Below, one piece after another: positions 47,862 through 49,682 of a stretch of 49,682 nt of DNA. The stretch is from an uncultured Pseudomonadales bacterium. GTDB lineage: Bacteria > Pseudomonadota > Gammaproteobacteria > Pseudomonadales > IMCC2047. The stretch lies in contig CAYYRK010000001.1 in assembly GCA_964473915.1 (NCBI GenBank), positions 1 to 49,682 of the forward strand, in the 5' to 3' direction. The notes under the pieces are model-generated. The model did no database searches. It saw only the letters and a program-made list of their open reading frames with translations, and was not told the DNA's origin. The stretch's first letter is position 1. Every line of letters begins with the position of its first letter. The translations under genes and the position numbers were made by a program.

Positions 47862-49475
47862 TTAGGGATTATGGAATTCTGCATTCTTACGCAGGTAGAA
47901 CCACCAGTTGATCACAATGCACACTGCATAGAATGTGGCAAAACCATAGAGTGCATACTCAGGGGTGGTCGCTTTAATCTGTTCCCCAAGAACCTTGGGC
48001 ATAATGAAAGCACCGTAAGCTGCGACCGCAGAGGTCCAACCCAATGCCGGGCCAGCCTGCTCCCGGTTAAAAACCTGGGAGATGGTACGGAAGGTTGAAC
48101 CATTGCCGATGCCAGTGGCCGCAAACAGAATCAGGAAGAGAACAAAGAAAGGTACAAAGAACTCTTCGGGCGTAGCAGACACATAGGCGGCTTTCATGTA
48201 AAAAGCAACACCGATGGCACTAGCAACCATCACTACAGCACAGACCTGCGTAACCAGTGCACCACCGACCTTATCAGCGATCCAACCACCGACGGGGCGA
48301 ATCAAGGCACCAATAAAGGGGCCCATCCAGGCGTACATCAGTGCACTGGGGCCATTAGGATTGGAAGTATCGTGGGTCATCACGCCATCAACCATAATAT
48401 GCTGAAAGCCAAAGATTACTTTGATGGTTAATGGGAAAGAGGCTGCGAAACCGATAAATGAGCCGAAGGTCATTGTGTAGATTACAGTCATCGCCCAGGT
48501 GTGCTTATTACCAAATATCTTGTATTGACGGGTCAGGCTCTCACCAATCTGCCCAGGGATCATCTTCAGCGCAAAGACTGTAGAAGCAATGACGATGGGC
48601 AATACGATCCACTTGCTGATACCAAAACCGGAACCGCCAACCTTTTCAGGAAGCATCAACCAGAGCCCAAAGATTGCACACACAAAGCCTACAATCAACA
48701 TCATGGTGATCAGGCTAAATGAACCCATTGGGCTGGGAATATCAGGGGATATGTGCTCTTCACGCAGATTATTCATACCAAACCAACCAGCAAAGGCCAG
48801 CGGAATGAGAATCAGCAGCCAAACAAAACCTGCATTTTGAATATAGGTTTCGGTACCCGCAGGGATCTTACCAATCAGTGTTCCGGAGGTGTTGACCAGC
48901 GTCATGGAGTCACCACCCATGGCACCGAACATACCCACAGTCATCACCAGCGGCACTAAAATCTGCATGGTGGTCACACCAAAATTACCCAGACCCGCAT
49001 TCAAACCCAGCGCCAAACCCTGTTGCTTCTTCGGGTAGAAAAAACTGATATTGGACATGGATGAAGCAAAGTTACCACCGCCAAAACCAGACAACAGCGC
49101 CAGCACCTGAAATACCCAAAAAGGTGTTTCCGGGTTACTCAGAGCCATACCCGTACCCAGCGCTGGCAACATCAATAGCGCCGTCGTAAAAAAGATGGTG
49201 TTACGACCACCCGCCAAGCGGATAAAGAAGGTGCTGGGAATTCGTAGCGTGGCACCGGTCAAACCTGCAATCGCCATCAATGTAAACAGTTGGGATTTCT
49301 CAAAGGGAAAACCCAAATTAAGCATCTGCACCGTGATAATACCCCAGTACAGCCAAACGGCGAAACCGCACAACAGGCTAGGGATAGAGATCCATAGATT
49401 TCTGCTTGCTACTTTTTTACCCGTTGATTCCCAAAACTCCGGGTCTTCAACATCCCATTTTTTTATATCAGACAT
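47862..49475 (-). CDS. narK: MFS nitrate/nitrite transporter NarK
   Basis: 537-aa MFS protein with 12 or more TM helices and NarK-type Gly-rich motifs (GGGNFASSM, NLGF...). It lies directly upstream of narGHJI. Confidence 0.9.
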   Translation of the reverse strand: MSDIKKWDVEDPEFWESTGKKVASRNLWISIPSLLCGFAVWLYWGIITVQMLNLGFPFEKSQLFTLMAIAGLTGATLRIPSTFFIRLAGGRNTIFFTTALLMLPALGTGMALSNPETPFWVFQVLALLSGFGGGNFASSMSNISFFYPKKQQGLALGLNAGLGNFGVTTMQILVPLVMTVGMFGAMGGDSMTLVNTSGTLIGKIPAGTETYIQNAGFVWLLILIPLAFAGWFGMNNLREEHISPDIPSPMGSFSLITMMLIVGFVCAIFGLWLMLPEKVGGSGFGISKWIVLPIVIASTVFALKMIPGQIGESLTRQYKIFGNKHTWAMTVIYTMTFGSFIGFAASFPLTIKVIFGFQHIMVDGVMTHDTSNPNGPSALMYAWMGPFIGALIRPVGGWIADKVGGALVTQVCAVVMVASAIGVAFYMKAAYVSATPEEFFVPFFVLFLILFAATGIGNGSTFRTISQVFNREQAGPALGWTSAVAAYGAFIMPKVLGEQIKATTPEYALYGFATFYAVCIVINWWFYLRKNAEFHNP

Positions 49476-49682
49476 AATTTCTCCAGCACATTTAAAAAAT
49501 TCTTAGGCCTCGCCTGTTCCAGCGCATAACGACCCAGAAACGCCTACCGCCCCGAAAAAACTCTGGAGCGGCATTCGTCTGCATCTACATCTATAAAAGC
49601 TCACTCTCTACTTTCTGATGAACCATTGAATAGTTCATCCATAACAAACAGATCGAAACCAGCACAAACAGCAGCATGAAAC

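Noticed and set aside
1-49682. CRISPR arrays, tRNA/rRNA genes, integrases or transposases, toxin-antitoxin pairs and known defence-system genes.
   Set aside because: I found none on reading the intergenic regions and the ORF translations. The only mobile-DNA signal is the MITE-like pair.

Overview
This window looks like a chromosomal segment of a denitrifying, probably marine or sediment, Gammaproteobacterium. That call is an inference from the E. coli-like dapA-bamC-purC core synteny, the NarGHJI and UbiTUV sequences and the Na+-bioenergetic genes. By eye it is about 85-90% coding with moderate GC. I saw no rRNA, tRNA, CRISPR array, prophage or classical defence genes.

Gene content from left to right:
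- (1) A compact, receptor-less chemosensory module on the minus strand: cheY-cheA-cheW-STAS-CheZ-like.
- (2) An ABC-2 exporter pair, ppnP, a CaiE/PaaY-like hexapeptide protein and a CDF metal exporter.
- (3) A Na+-cycle block on the minus strand. It is a Bacteroidetes/Chlamydia-type (DUF2764-containing) V-type ATPase in a cyclically permuted gene order (B-D-I-K-E-DUF2764-A), followed directly by the oxaloacetate decarboxylase Na+ pump oadGAB.
- (4) Core genes purC, an MBL hydrolase, bamC and dapA.
- (5) A TonB-dependent receptor, a porin, a periplasmic FMN-binding (flavinylation-motif) protein and a PepSY membrane protein.
- (6) A denitrification and anaerobic-respiration supercluster. It comprises a DNR-type regulator, a perfect TTGAT-N4-ATCAA box, nirS, a NapC/NirT tetrahaem protein fused to a large extra haem domain, and an amicyanin-like cupredoxin. 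It continues with moeA-moaB, ubiV-ubiU-ubiT (O2-independent ubiquinone synthesis), narIJHG and narK.

Non-genic structure:
- Two diverged copies of a MITE-like element with roughly 26-nt terminal inverted repeats.
- A DnaA-box cluster that includes a 15-bp inverted repeat.
- A perfect 40-nt palindrome between narK and narG.
- A roughly 600-bp structured, ORF-free spacer between narI and ubiT.

The most novel-looking candidates are the NirT-fusion/cupredoxin unit beside an orphan nirS, the permuted Na+-type V-ATPase joined to OAD, and the Che-STAS-CheZ-like module. All functional calls rest on reading the translated ORFs and recalling family motifs. No database search was run.
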